The position numbers and the translations under genes are program-made. From Chiloscyllium plagiosum (Eukaryota), in contig NC_057746.1 in assembly GCF_004010195.1 (NCBI RefSeq), positions 9,437,183-9,484,380 of the forward strand: 47,198 bases of DNA. Direction: 5' to 3'. Position 1 is the stretch's first letter, and each line of letters begins with the position of its first letter. This document shows positions 23,570-33,559 of this stretch, in pieces. Below the pieces are notes generated by a model. That model made no database searches. It had not been told where the DNA came from and saw only the letters and a list, made by a program, of their open reading frames with translations.

Positions 23570-24452
23570 AGGAAGCAATGGCCTAATGTTATTATCCCTG
23601 GAAACTAGCCAATCTAGAAACTTCGCCAATGTTATAGAGTTATAGAGTGACAGATATGTACAGCATGGAAACAGACCCTTCGGTCCAACCCATCCATGCC
23701 AACCAGATATCCCAACCCAATTTAGTCCCACCTGCCAGCACCCGGCCCATATCCCTCCAAACCCTTCCTATTCATATACCCATCCAAATGTCTCTTAAAT
23801 GTTGCAATTGTACCAGCCTCCACCACATCCTCTGGCAGCTCATTCCATACACGTACCACCCTCTGCGTGAAAACGTTGCCCCATAGGTCTCTTTTATATC
23901 TTTCCCCCACAACATCTTTCCAATAGGACGGAGGACCAGAATTGCATGCAATATTCCAACACTGGCCTAACCAATGTCCTGTACAGCCGCAACATGACCA
24001 CCCAACTCCTGTACTCAATACTCTGACTAATAAAGGAAAGCATACCAAACGCCTTCTTCACGATCCTATCTACCTGCGACTCCACTTTCAAGGAGCTATG
24101 AACCTGCACTCCAAGGTCTCTTTGTTCAACAACACTCCCTAGGACCTTACCATTAAGTGTATAAGTCCTGCTAAGATTTGCTTTTCCAAAATGCAATGTT
24201 CTTTGGACCCGGGTTCAAATGCGACCATGACAGGTGGTGGAATTGGAATACAATAAAGAATTTGGAGTTAAGAATCTGATGATGACCATGAAGCCATTGT
24301 TGATCTGGTTCTCTGATGTCATGTAGTGAGTCAGCCTTACGTGGTCTGGCCTACATGTGATTCCAGGCCCACAACAATGGGCAATTGGGGATGGGTAATA
24401 AATGCTGGCCTAGCCAACAATTCCCTCATCCTGTGAGTGAATATTAAAAAAG
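23570..24452 (+). mobile_element. SINE with L2-type tail, split by CR1 23635-24192
   Basis: gacccgggttcaaat B box; tggtctggcctacatgtga..taataaatgctggcc tail, also seen at 1260-1430. Confidence 0.65.
23635..24192 (-). mobile_element. CR1 3' fragment (same subfamily as 29915-31090, internally deleted)
   Basis: Near-identical to the 29915 copy. Flanked by caatgtt on both sides. Confidence 0.88.
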
Positions 24453-24699
24453 GAGAATTAACTTCCACTATGTGACTGCTGTATGGGAGTCTGGCGAGCT
24501 GTCACGGGACAGTGGCAGGCATGGGGATGTGGGTGTGAGTGGGAGGGGGAGTGGTGGTACATAGGATCAGTGTGGTGGGGGGGCATGATGGCGCTGGCAG
24601 CCAGGTTTGTGGGGAGGTGGGAAGGACTGAGTGAGGGGACCAATGCAACAAGCTGGCAAAGCCAGATTGTGGATGCACTATACTCTAGTAGTGTGGCTT

Positions 24700-24835
24700 C
24701 TGGAAGTCAAAAGTATACAGTGGCATGAAAATTGATGGGCGTGTGCTTTGGGTACACTGGCGGGCAGTGAGATCGACTGCCAGAGATCCTGCAATCGACC
24801 AGTCGATCGTGATCTACTTGTTGGAGACCGCAGCT
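24700..24835. mobile_element. hAT (Charlie-like) DNA transposon end
   Basis: Subterminal gatcgac repeats: gagatcgac..aatcgaccagtcgatcgtgatctacttgttggagacc. Confidence 0.5.
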
Positions 24836-25499
24836 TTAACTACCATCCGGTTGGTCTCACCGACAGTGGCAGCAAAGATAGTGATAGGGTGAGAATTGGT
24901 GCAGATTGGAATGTGTGGGAGACAAAGTTAAAAGAAACACAGCAACAATGAGACACTCGAGAGAACGAGAGTTTTAGAAAGGTAGTTAGCAGGAGAACGG
25001 AAAAGGGATAGGCAGAGAGAGGGAGACAGAAGGGGCTTTGATACGAAGTAAAGACAATAACTGTAATGTGAAGGGAGACATTATAGATACAGCAATAAAA
25101 AGTGTCAGGAATAAACAGGGACAGAGAGAAAGAGACAATGGCAAAAGGAGAGAAAATAGTTTGAGCCTGTGAAATATGGGGCAAAGGACAGAACAGTCCT
25201 TTCTCTGCAGCAAATAAAAATTAAATGAGCTTGATCCCAGATGGATGAGCTTTTTGAAATGTTGTGCAGTGCAGCCTGTTTTTACCTTCTGTTTGTATCC
25301 AGTGGATTAGCTTCTGGAGGTTAATGAATAACTAAAGCAGGGACAATGGACGATTATTTTTCTGGCTTATTACTGGCTTTGTATCCTGCTGTAATGCCCC
25401 ACATACTGCCTTTCTGCACTCAGTGCTCATGTTTATATAAGCAGAATTATTCTTTACACCAGTTTTGGAGAGTGGCAGGATGGGAGCTGAAAGAGAAGT

Positions 25500-26467
25500 T
25501 CATAGAACATAGATTGTTACAGCGCAGAATGGGGCCTTCGGCCCTCAATGTTGCATGGACCTGTGGAATGAATCTGAAGCCCATCTAACCTACACTATTC
25601 CATTTTCATCTATATGTTTATCGAATGACCATTTAAGTGCTCTTAAAGTTGACAAGTCTACCACAGTTTGTGGCAGTGCCTCTCCTACTCTCTGAGTAAA
25701 GAAACTACCTCTGGCATCTGTCCTAATGCTATTACCCCCCAATTTAAAGCTATGACCCCTTGTGTTCACCTTCACAATCCAATGTAAAAGACTCTCCCTG
25801 TCCACCCTGTCTAACCCTCTGATTATCTTCTATGTCTCAACCTTCTTCTGTCTAATGAAAATGGCCTCAATTCCCTAAGCATTTCCTCATTCCCTCCAAA
25901 TCAAGCAACATCCTCATAAATCTCCTTTGAACCCTTTCCAAAGCTTCCACATCCTTCCTAGAACTGCATGCAATATTCCAAGTGAGGCTGCACCAGAGTT
26001 TTGTACAGCTGCAGCGTGACCTCTTGTCTCCGAAATTCAATCCCTCTTCCAATAAAAGCTAACACACCTTGTGCCTTCTTAACAACCCTATCCACCTGGG
26101 TGGCAAATTTCAGGGAACTATGTACATGGACACCGAAATCTCTCTGCTCATCTACACAATCAAGAATATTACCATTAGCCCAGTAATCTTTATTCCTGTT
26201 GCTCCTTCCAAATTGATTCACCTCGCACTTATGCGCATTAAACTCCACCTGCCACCTTTCAGCCCAGCTGTACAGCTTATCTACATCCCTCTGTGAGCTG
26301 CAACATCCTTCACCACTATCCACAACTCCACCAATCTTAGTGTCACCCGCAAATGAACTAACCCATCCTTCTATGCCCTCATCTAGGTCATTTATAAAAG
26401 TGACAAACAGCAGTGGCTTCAAAACAGATCCTTGCAGTACACCACAAGTAACTGAACACAGGATCAT
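25500..26467 (-). mobile_element. CR1 3' portion, interrupted by the + strand CR1
   Basis: ORF 25958-26467 with GVLQGSVL, FAGDTK, PHLEYC. Continues at 29423. Confidence 0.9.
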
Positions 26468-29422
26468 AAGGACAGACTGACGGGCAGAGGGGGTGGGGTG
26501 GCCATGTTGGTAAGGGATGATATTCAGTCCCTTGTGTGGGGGGGAACCTAGAATCAGGGGATGTAGAGTCAGTATGGATAGAGTTGAGAAATTCTAAGGG
26601 TAAAAAACCCTCTTGGGAGTTATCTACAGGACCCCAAACAGTAGTCTGGATGTCGGATGTAAGTTGAATCAGGAGCTGAAATTAGCCTGTCGCAAAGATG
26701 TTACTACAGTTGTTATGGGGGATTTCAACATGCAGGTAGACTGGGAGAATCAGGATGGTATTGGACCTCAAGAAAGAGACTTTGTGGAGTGCCTCCGAGA
26801 TAGATTCTTAGAACAGCTGGTCCAAGAGCCTACCAGGGAGATGGCAATTCTGGATCTGGTATTCTGTAACGACCCAGAATTGATCAGGGACCTCGAAGTG
26901 AAGGAGCCATTGGGAAGTAGTGACCATAGCTGAAAATGTGTTGCTGGAACAGCGCAGCAGGTCAGGCAGCATCCAGGGAACAGGAGAATCAACATTTCGG
27001 GCATAAGCCCTTCTTCAGGAATGCGGGCTTATGCCCGAAACGTCGATTCTCCTGTTCCCTGGATGCTGCCTGACCTGCTGCTCTGTTCCAGCAACACATT
27101 TTCAGCTCTGATCTCCAGCATCTGCAGACCTCACTTTCTCCTCCAAGTAGTGACCATAATACAATAAGCTTCAATCTGCAATTTGAGAGGGAGAGGGTAT
27201 AATCGGAAGTGATAATATTTCTGTTGAATAAAGGGAACTATGGAGCAATGCGGGAGGAGCTGGCCAAAGTTCAATGGTGCAATATCTTATCAGGGATGAC
27301 AGTGGAGGAACAATGGCGGATATTTCTGTGTATAATGCAGAAGACGCAGGATCAGTTCATTCCAAAAAGGAAGAAAGTTCCTAGGAGGAGGCATGGGTGG
27401 CCGTGGCTGACGAGGAAAGTTAAGAAACATATAAAGTTAAAAGAGAAAAAGTATAACATAGCAAAGATAAGTGGGAAAACGGAGGACTGGGAAGCTTTTA
27501 AAGAACAACAGAGGATGACTAAGAAGGAAATAAGCAGAGAAAAAATGAGGTACAAAGGTAAACTGGCCAAAAATATAAAGGAGGATAGTAAAAGCTTTTT
27601 TAGGTATGTGAAAGGCAAAAAAATGGTTAGGACTAAAATTGGGCCCTTGAAGACAGAAATGGGGGAATATATTACAGGGAACAAAGAAATGGCAGAAGAA
27701 TTGAATTGGTGCTTCAGATCTGTGTTCACTGGGGAAGACACAAGCAATCTCCCTGAGGTAACAGTGGCTGAAGGACCTGAACGTAAGGGAATTTATATTT
27801 GCCAGGAATTGGTGTTGGAGAGACTGCTAGGTCTGAAAGTTGATAAGTCCCCGGGGCCTGATGGTCTACATCCCAGGGTACTGAAGGAGGTGGCTCTAGA
27901 AATCGTGGATGCATTGGTGATTATTTTCCAGAGTTCGATAGATTCGGGATCAGTTCCTGTGGATTGAGGGTGGCTAATGTTGTAGCACTTTTTAAGAAAG
28001 GTGGAAGAGAGAAAGCACGAAATTATAGACCAGTTAGTCTGACCTCAGTGGTGGGAAAGATGCTGGAGTCTATTATAAAGGATGAAATTACGACATATCT
28101 GGATAGTAGTAACAGGATAGGTCAGAGTCTGCATGGATTTATGAAGGGGAAATCATGCTTGACTAATCTTTTTGAATTTTTTGAGGATGTAACTCTGAAG
28201 ATGGACGAGGGAGATCCAGTAGATGTTGTGTACCTGGACTTTCAGAAAGCTTTTGATAAAGTCCCACATAGGAGGTTAGTGAGTAAAATTAGGGCGCATG
28301 GTATTGGGGCAAAGTACTAACTTGGATCGAAAGTTGGTTGGCTGACAGGAAACAAGGAGTAGTGATAAACAGCTCCATTTCGGAATGGCAGGCAGTGACC
28401 AGTGGGGTACCGCAGGGATCAGTGCTGGGACTGCAGCTTTTTACAATACACATCAATGAGAGAGAAGATGGTATTAGTAATAACATTAACAAATTTGCTG
28501 ATGATACTAAGCTGGGTGGCAGGGTGAAATGTGATGAGGATGTTAGGAGATTACAGGGTGACCTGTGCAGGTTAGGTGAGTGGTCAGATGCATGGCAGAT
28601 GCAGTTTCATGTGGATAAATGTATGATTATCCACTTTGGTGGCAAGAACAGGAAGGCAGATTACCACCTCAATGGAATCAATTTAGGTAAAGGGGCAGTA
28701 CAAAGAGATCTGGGTGTTCTTGTACACCAGTTAATGAAGGTAAGCATGCAGGTACAGCAGGTAGTGAAGAAGGCTAATAGCATACTGGCCTTCATAACAA
28801 GAGGGATTGAGTATAGAAGCAAAGAGGTTCTTCTGCAGCTGTACAGGGCCCTTGTGAGACCACAATTGGAGTATTGTGTGCAGTTCTGGTCTCCAAATTT
28901 GTGGAAATACATTCAGGCTATTGAGGGAATGCAGCGTAGGTTCACGAGGTCAATTCCTGGATTGGCGGGACTACCTTACGCTGAAAGACTGGAGCGACTG
29001 GGCTTGTATACCCTTGAGTTTAGAAGACTGAGAGGGGATCTGATTGAGACATATAAGATTATTAAAGGATTGGACACTCTGGAGGCAGGAAACATGTTTC
29101 CGCTGATGGGTGAGTGCTGCACCAGAGGACACAGCTTAAAAATACGGAGTAGACCATTTAGGACAGAGATGAAGAGAAACCTCTTCACCCAGAGAGTGGT
29201 GGGTGTGTGGAATGCTCTGCTACAGAAGGCAGTGGAGGCCCAGTTTCTGGATTCATTTAAGAAAGAGTTGGATAGAGCTCTCAAGGACAGTAGAATCAAG
29301 GGTTATGGAGATAAGGCAGGAACAGGATACTGATTATGGATGATCAGCGATGATCATATAGAATGATGGTGCAGGGTCAAAGGGCAGAATGGCCTACTCT
29401 TGCACCTATTGTCTATTGTCTA
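26468..29422 (+). mobile_element. CR1 LINE, nearly complete ORF2 (endonuclease + RT), inactivated
   Basis: EN motifs GVIYR, MGDFN, SDH; RT motifs YLDFQKAFDKVPH, GVPQGSVLG, KFADD; ends in an (ATTGTCT)n tail. Broken by an insertion at 26929, stops near 27200 and 27965, and a frameshift near 28310. Confidence 0.95.
26929..27144. mobile_element. Fold-back Penelope-like element inside CR1 endonuclease
   Basis: About 83-bp near-perfect arms, a 37-nt tail, and perfect TSD aagtagtgaccata (26915-26928 / 27145-27158). Confidence 0.88.
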
Positions 29423-29900
29423 TTTCCCATCAGGCACAACCCTCTGTCTTCTTTCAGCTAGCCAATTTCTGATACAAACTGCAAAATCACCCTCAATCCC
29501 ATGCCTCAATATTTTGGGCAATAGGCTAACATGGGGAACTTTATCAAATGCCTTACTGAAATCCAGATACACCACATCAACTGCTTTACCCTCATCCACC
29601 TGTTTGATCACCATCTCAAAGAACCTAATAAGGTTTGTGCATGACCTACCTTTCACAAAACCATGTTAACTAAACTAATCAACTTCTTCGATTGGAGATG
29701 ACAATAAATCCTATCTCTTATAACCTTTTCCAACACTTTACCCACAACCAAAGTAGGACTCACTGGTGTATAACTACGAGTGCCGTCTCTACTCACCTTC
29801 TTGAACAAGGCGGCAACATTTGCTATCTTCCAATCTTCAGGCTAATTTGTAACTCTCAGGTGCCCTAACTGAGCTATCACATCTTCTCCTAATATAAGCC
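29423..29900 (-). mobile_element. CR1 fragment, continuation of 25500-26467
   Basis: ORF 29420-29656 YLDFSKAFDKVPH..NWLAERRQRVVPDGK joins the frame that resumes at 26467. Confidence 0.85.
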
Positions 29901-29914
29901 TTCTTCTTCCATTT

Positions 29915-31090
29915 AGACTCAGAGTCATAGAGATGTACAGCATGGAAACGGACTCTTTGGTCCAACCCATCCATGCTGACCAGATATCCCAACCCAATCT
30001 AGTCCCACCTGCCAGCGCCCAGCCCATATCCCTCCAAACCCTTCCTATTGATATACCCATCCAAATGCCTCTTAAATGTTGCAATTGTACCAGACTCCAC
30101 CACATCACCTGGCAGCTCATTCCATACACGTACCACCCTCTGTGTGAAAACGTTGCCCCTTAGGTCTCTTTTATGTCTTTCCCCTCTCACCCTAAACCTA
30201 TGCCCTCTAGGTCTGGACTCCCCAACCCCAGGGAAAAGACTTTTGCCTATTTATCCTATCCATGCCTCTCATAATTTTGTAAATCTCTATAAGGTCATCC
30301 CTCAGTTTCCGACGCTCCAGGGAAAACAGCCCCAGCCTGTTCAGCCTCTCCCTGTAGCTCAGATCCTCAGCACATCGTTGGATGGTGGGAGGAAACCGGA
30401 GCACCCGGAGGAAACCCACGCAGACACAGGGAGAACGTGCAAACTCCACACAGTCAGTCGCCTGAGGCGGGAATTGAACCCGGGTCTCTGGCGCTGTGAG
30501 GCAGCAGTGCTCACCACTGTGCCACCGTGCCGTCCCTGTAACTCAGATCCTCCAACCATGGCAACATCCTTGTAAATCTTTTCTGAACCCTTTCAAGTTT
30601 CACAACACCTTTCTAATAGGAAGGAGACCAGAATTGCATGCAATATTCCAACAGTGGCCTAACCAATGTCCTGTACAGCCGCAACATGACCTCCCAACTC
30701 CTGTACTCAATACTCTAACCAATAAAGGAAAGCATACCAAACGCCTTCTTCACTGTCCTATCTACCTGCGACTCGACTTTCAAGGAGCTATGAACCTGCA
30801 CTCCAAGGTCTCTTTGTTCAGCAACACTCCCTAGGACCTTACCACTAAGTGCATAAGTCCTGCTAAGATTTGCTTTCCCAAAATGCAGCACCTCGCATTT
30901 ATCTGAATGAAACTCCATCTGACACTTCTCAGCCCATTGGCCCATCTGGTCCAGATCCTGTAATCTGAGGTAACCCTCTCCGCTATCCACTACACCTCAA
31001 ATTTCGGTGTCATCTGCAAACTTGCTAACTGTACCTCTTATGCTCGCATCCAAATCATTTATGTAAATGACAAAAAGTAGAGGACAAGAG
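29915..31090 (-). mobile_element. CR1 3' fragment with nested SINE
   Basis: RT C-terminal ORFs (VFTQRVVRVWNELP; DLGVQVHSSLK) and a CR1 3' tail. Confidence 0.9.
30369..30532 (-). mobile_element. HE1/V-SINE, 3'-truncated, with about 20-bp TSD
   Basis: tccctgta(g/a)ctcagatcctc on both flanks. Confidence 0.88.
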
Positions 31091-31599
31091 CTTCAACTTA
31101 TTTGGTAAACCACGGCTCCCTCGCTCGACCACTTCCTCCCTGCCTGACAGGCACATACTTATTGAGGACACACAGTAGCAGTTGCTTGAATAAGCTCCAC
31201 ATTTCAATTATGCCCATCCTCTGCAGTTTCCTTCCCCATTCTATGCATCCTAAATCTTGCCTAATCACATCATAATTGCCTTTCTCCCACTATAACTCTT
31301 GCCCGCAGTATATATGTATCCCTTTCCTTTGCAAAAGTAAACATAACTGAATTGTGGTCACTATCATCAAAATGCTCACCTACCTCCAAATCTAATGCCT
31401 GGCCAGGTTGATTCCCCAGTACCATAGTTTTTAATCAATACATTGAATTCAGTCATTTACAGTTTTATTCTTAATAATACAAATGGTTCAACTGAAAGAA
31501 ATTATGTTATGTTAATACTTGTTAGATTTGGGGTTGTGGAAAAGTCACGTTATCACTGACACAGAATGAAACACTGTGGGTTGAATGGTCTACAGGCCA

Positions 31600-32475
31600 T
31601 ACTGATTCTTACCTCCGCTGCAAGCGATCCCACAAGCAATGGATCAGATCAAAGCTCTGTGGTCCTGCCATGTCCAGTCGTGAATGGTGGTGGACAATTA
31701 AAAAACTCACTGGAGCAAGAGACTCCACAAGCACTGGGCGGCACGGATGGCACAGTGGTAAGCACTGCTGCCTCACAGTGCCAGAGACCTGGGTTCTATT
31801 CCCGCCTCAGGCAACTGTCGGTGTGGAGTTTGCACATTCTCCCCGTGTCTGCGTGGGTTTCCTCTGGGTACGCCGGTTTCCTCTGGGTGCTTTGGATTCC
31901 TCCCACAGTCCAAAAATGTGCAGGTTAGGTGAATTGGCCATGCTAAATTGCCGATAGTGTTAGGTGAAGGGGTAAATGTTGGGGAATGGGTCTGGGTGGG
32001 TTGCTCTTCGGACTTGTTGGCCCAAAGGTCCTGTTTCCACACTGTAAGTAATCTAATCTAATCTACTTCCATTCTCAATGAAGGGGGAGTCCAGAACTTC
32101 ACTGCAAATGATAAGCCTGAAGCATTAGTAAGAATCATCAGCTACAAATGCAGAGTAGATGATCCATCTCAGACACACCAGCTTCACAATCTTTAGCCAA
32201 TTTGACACACTCCATGTGATATTAAGATACACCTGGATGCCACTGGATGCTGCAAATTGTCGGATAGTCTCTGATAATATTCTGGCAAATGTGCTCAAAC
32301 TCCTGGCCAAGCTGTTCCCATGCAGCTGAACACTGGCATCAACCCGGCAATGTGGAAAATTGCTCAAGTATATCCTTCAGACAAGAAGCAGGGCAAATCC
32401 AACCCGCCCAATTACTGCTCAGTCAGTCTCATCTTGATTATTAGTAAAGTGATGGAAAGGCTCACCAACAGCGTT
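31600..32475 (+). mobile_element. L2-type LINE fragment split by a SINE
   Basis: SSREWWWTIKKLTG; MWKIAQV..KSNPPNYCSVSL motifs. Confidence 0.7.
31736..32065 (+). mobile_element. Full-length HE1/V-SINE
   Basis: gggcggcacg..A and B boxes..(aatct)n tail. Confidence 0.92.
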
Positions 32476-33137
32476 ATCAAGCAACGTCCCTAAATCTTGA
32501 GAGTTGCATGTGTTTAATTATAACCCATGGTAATGAAGCCGTGGAAAGTGTAAACATTGTATCTTCCAGAAGAAGAAAGTTCTGGTGAAATTTACACAGA
32601 ATTTCTATTACAGCATCATAGCTGTAATCTCCATTACCCAAACAAAAACAACAGTCTGATAAAAAAAAACAGAAAACGGAAACTACTGTCATACCAGACA
32701 GAGAGGGAATCTAAAGCAAATTACTGCAGATGCTGGAATCTATACGGAATACAAAAAAAAAATGCTGGAAATCACAGCGGGTCAGGCAGTATCCATGGAG
32801 AGAGAGTGAGCAAGCTAACATTTCAAGTCTAGATGACTCTTCATCGGAGCTGAAATGAAGTGTGGAGGAGGCAGCATATACACAATAGTGATGGGTGGGG
32901 TATGGAGTGCTGAGAGAGGAAGGACGTTGATAGTTCAGATTAAGTGATCAGAATGTGAGAAAGGTAGAACAATGGTTTGTCTAACTACCAGACTGGAAAA
33001 GACTGACAATCCCACTGGAGTTGGGGGAGGGGAGAGAGCTTAAGCGACACTTAAAGGACAGGAATGAGGTTCACAATTTAAAGCCATTGAACTCAATACT
33101 GAGTCCAGAATGTTGTAAAGTACCTAGTTTGAAGATG

Positions 33138-33512
33138 TGATTTGGAGATGCCGGTGTTGGACTGGGGTGTACAAAGTTAAAAATCACACAACACCAGGTT
33201 ATAGTCCAACAGGTTTAATTGGTTTAATTAGTGTGCTTCCAATTAAACCTGTTGGACTATAACCTGGTGTTTGAGGAGAAAGTGAGGTCTGCAGATGCTG
33301 GAGATCAGAGCTGAAAATGTGTTGCTGGAAAAGCGCAGCAGGTCAGGCAGCATCCAGGGAACAGGAGAATCGACGTTTCGGGCATAAGCCTTCCTGAAGA
33401 AGGGCTTATGGCCGAAACGTCGATTCTCCTGTTCCCTGGATGCTGCCTGACCTGCTGCGCTTTTCCAGCAACACATTTTCAGCTATAACCTGGTGTTGTG
33501 TGATTTTTAACT
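33138..33512. mobile_element. Fold-back element (second family) with TSD tagtttgaagatg
   Basis: Inverted arms agttaaaaatcacacaacaccaggttatagtccaacaggtttaattgg, a 37-nt tail, and TSD 33125-33137 / 33513-33525. Confidence 0.82.
33272..33484. mobile_element. Fold-back Penelope-like element with hammerhead core
   Basis: About 80-bp arms, a 37-nt tail, TSD (ct)ataacctggtgtt, and CTGAAGA-agggcttatggcc-GAAACGTC at 33394-33421. Confidence 0.88.
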
Positions 33513-33559
33513 TAGTTTGAAGATGAAATGTTGCTCCTCCAATTTTTGCAATTAAATCT

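Larger units (their letters stand above)
32712..33555 (-). mobile_element. Penelope-like element 3' end (GIY-YIG C-terminus + terminal repeat), with two nested inserts
   Basis: Removing the inserts gives minus-strand EEQHFIFKLGTLQHSGLSIEFN. Degenerate hammerhead ccgatgaagagtcatctagacttgaaa at about 32821-32847. Confidence 0.75.

Noticed and set aside
24860-25190. Purine-rich GA tract with hydrophobic minus-strand ORFs
   Set aside because: Low-complexity composition explains the ORFs.
28338-29333. 331-aa reverse transcriptase ORF as an active or domesticated gene
   Set aside because: It is the tail of a CR1 ORF2 broken upstream by stops, a frameshift and an insertion.
31736-31810. tRNA-like sequences with A and B boxes
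   Set aside because: They are SINE heads followed by V-domain and LINE-like tails, not tRNA genes.
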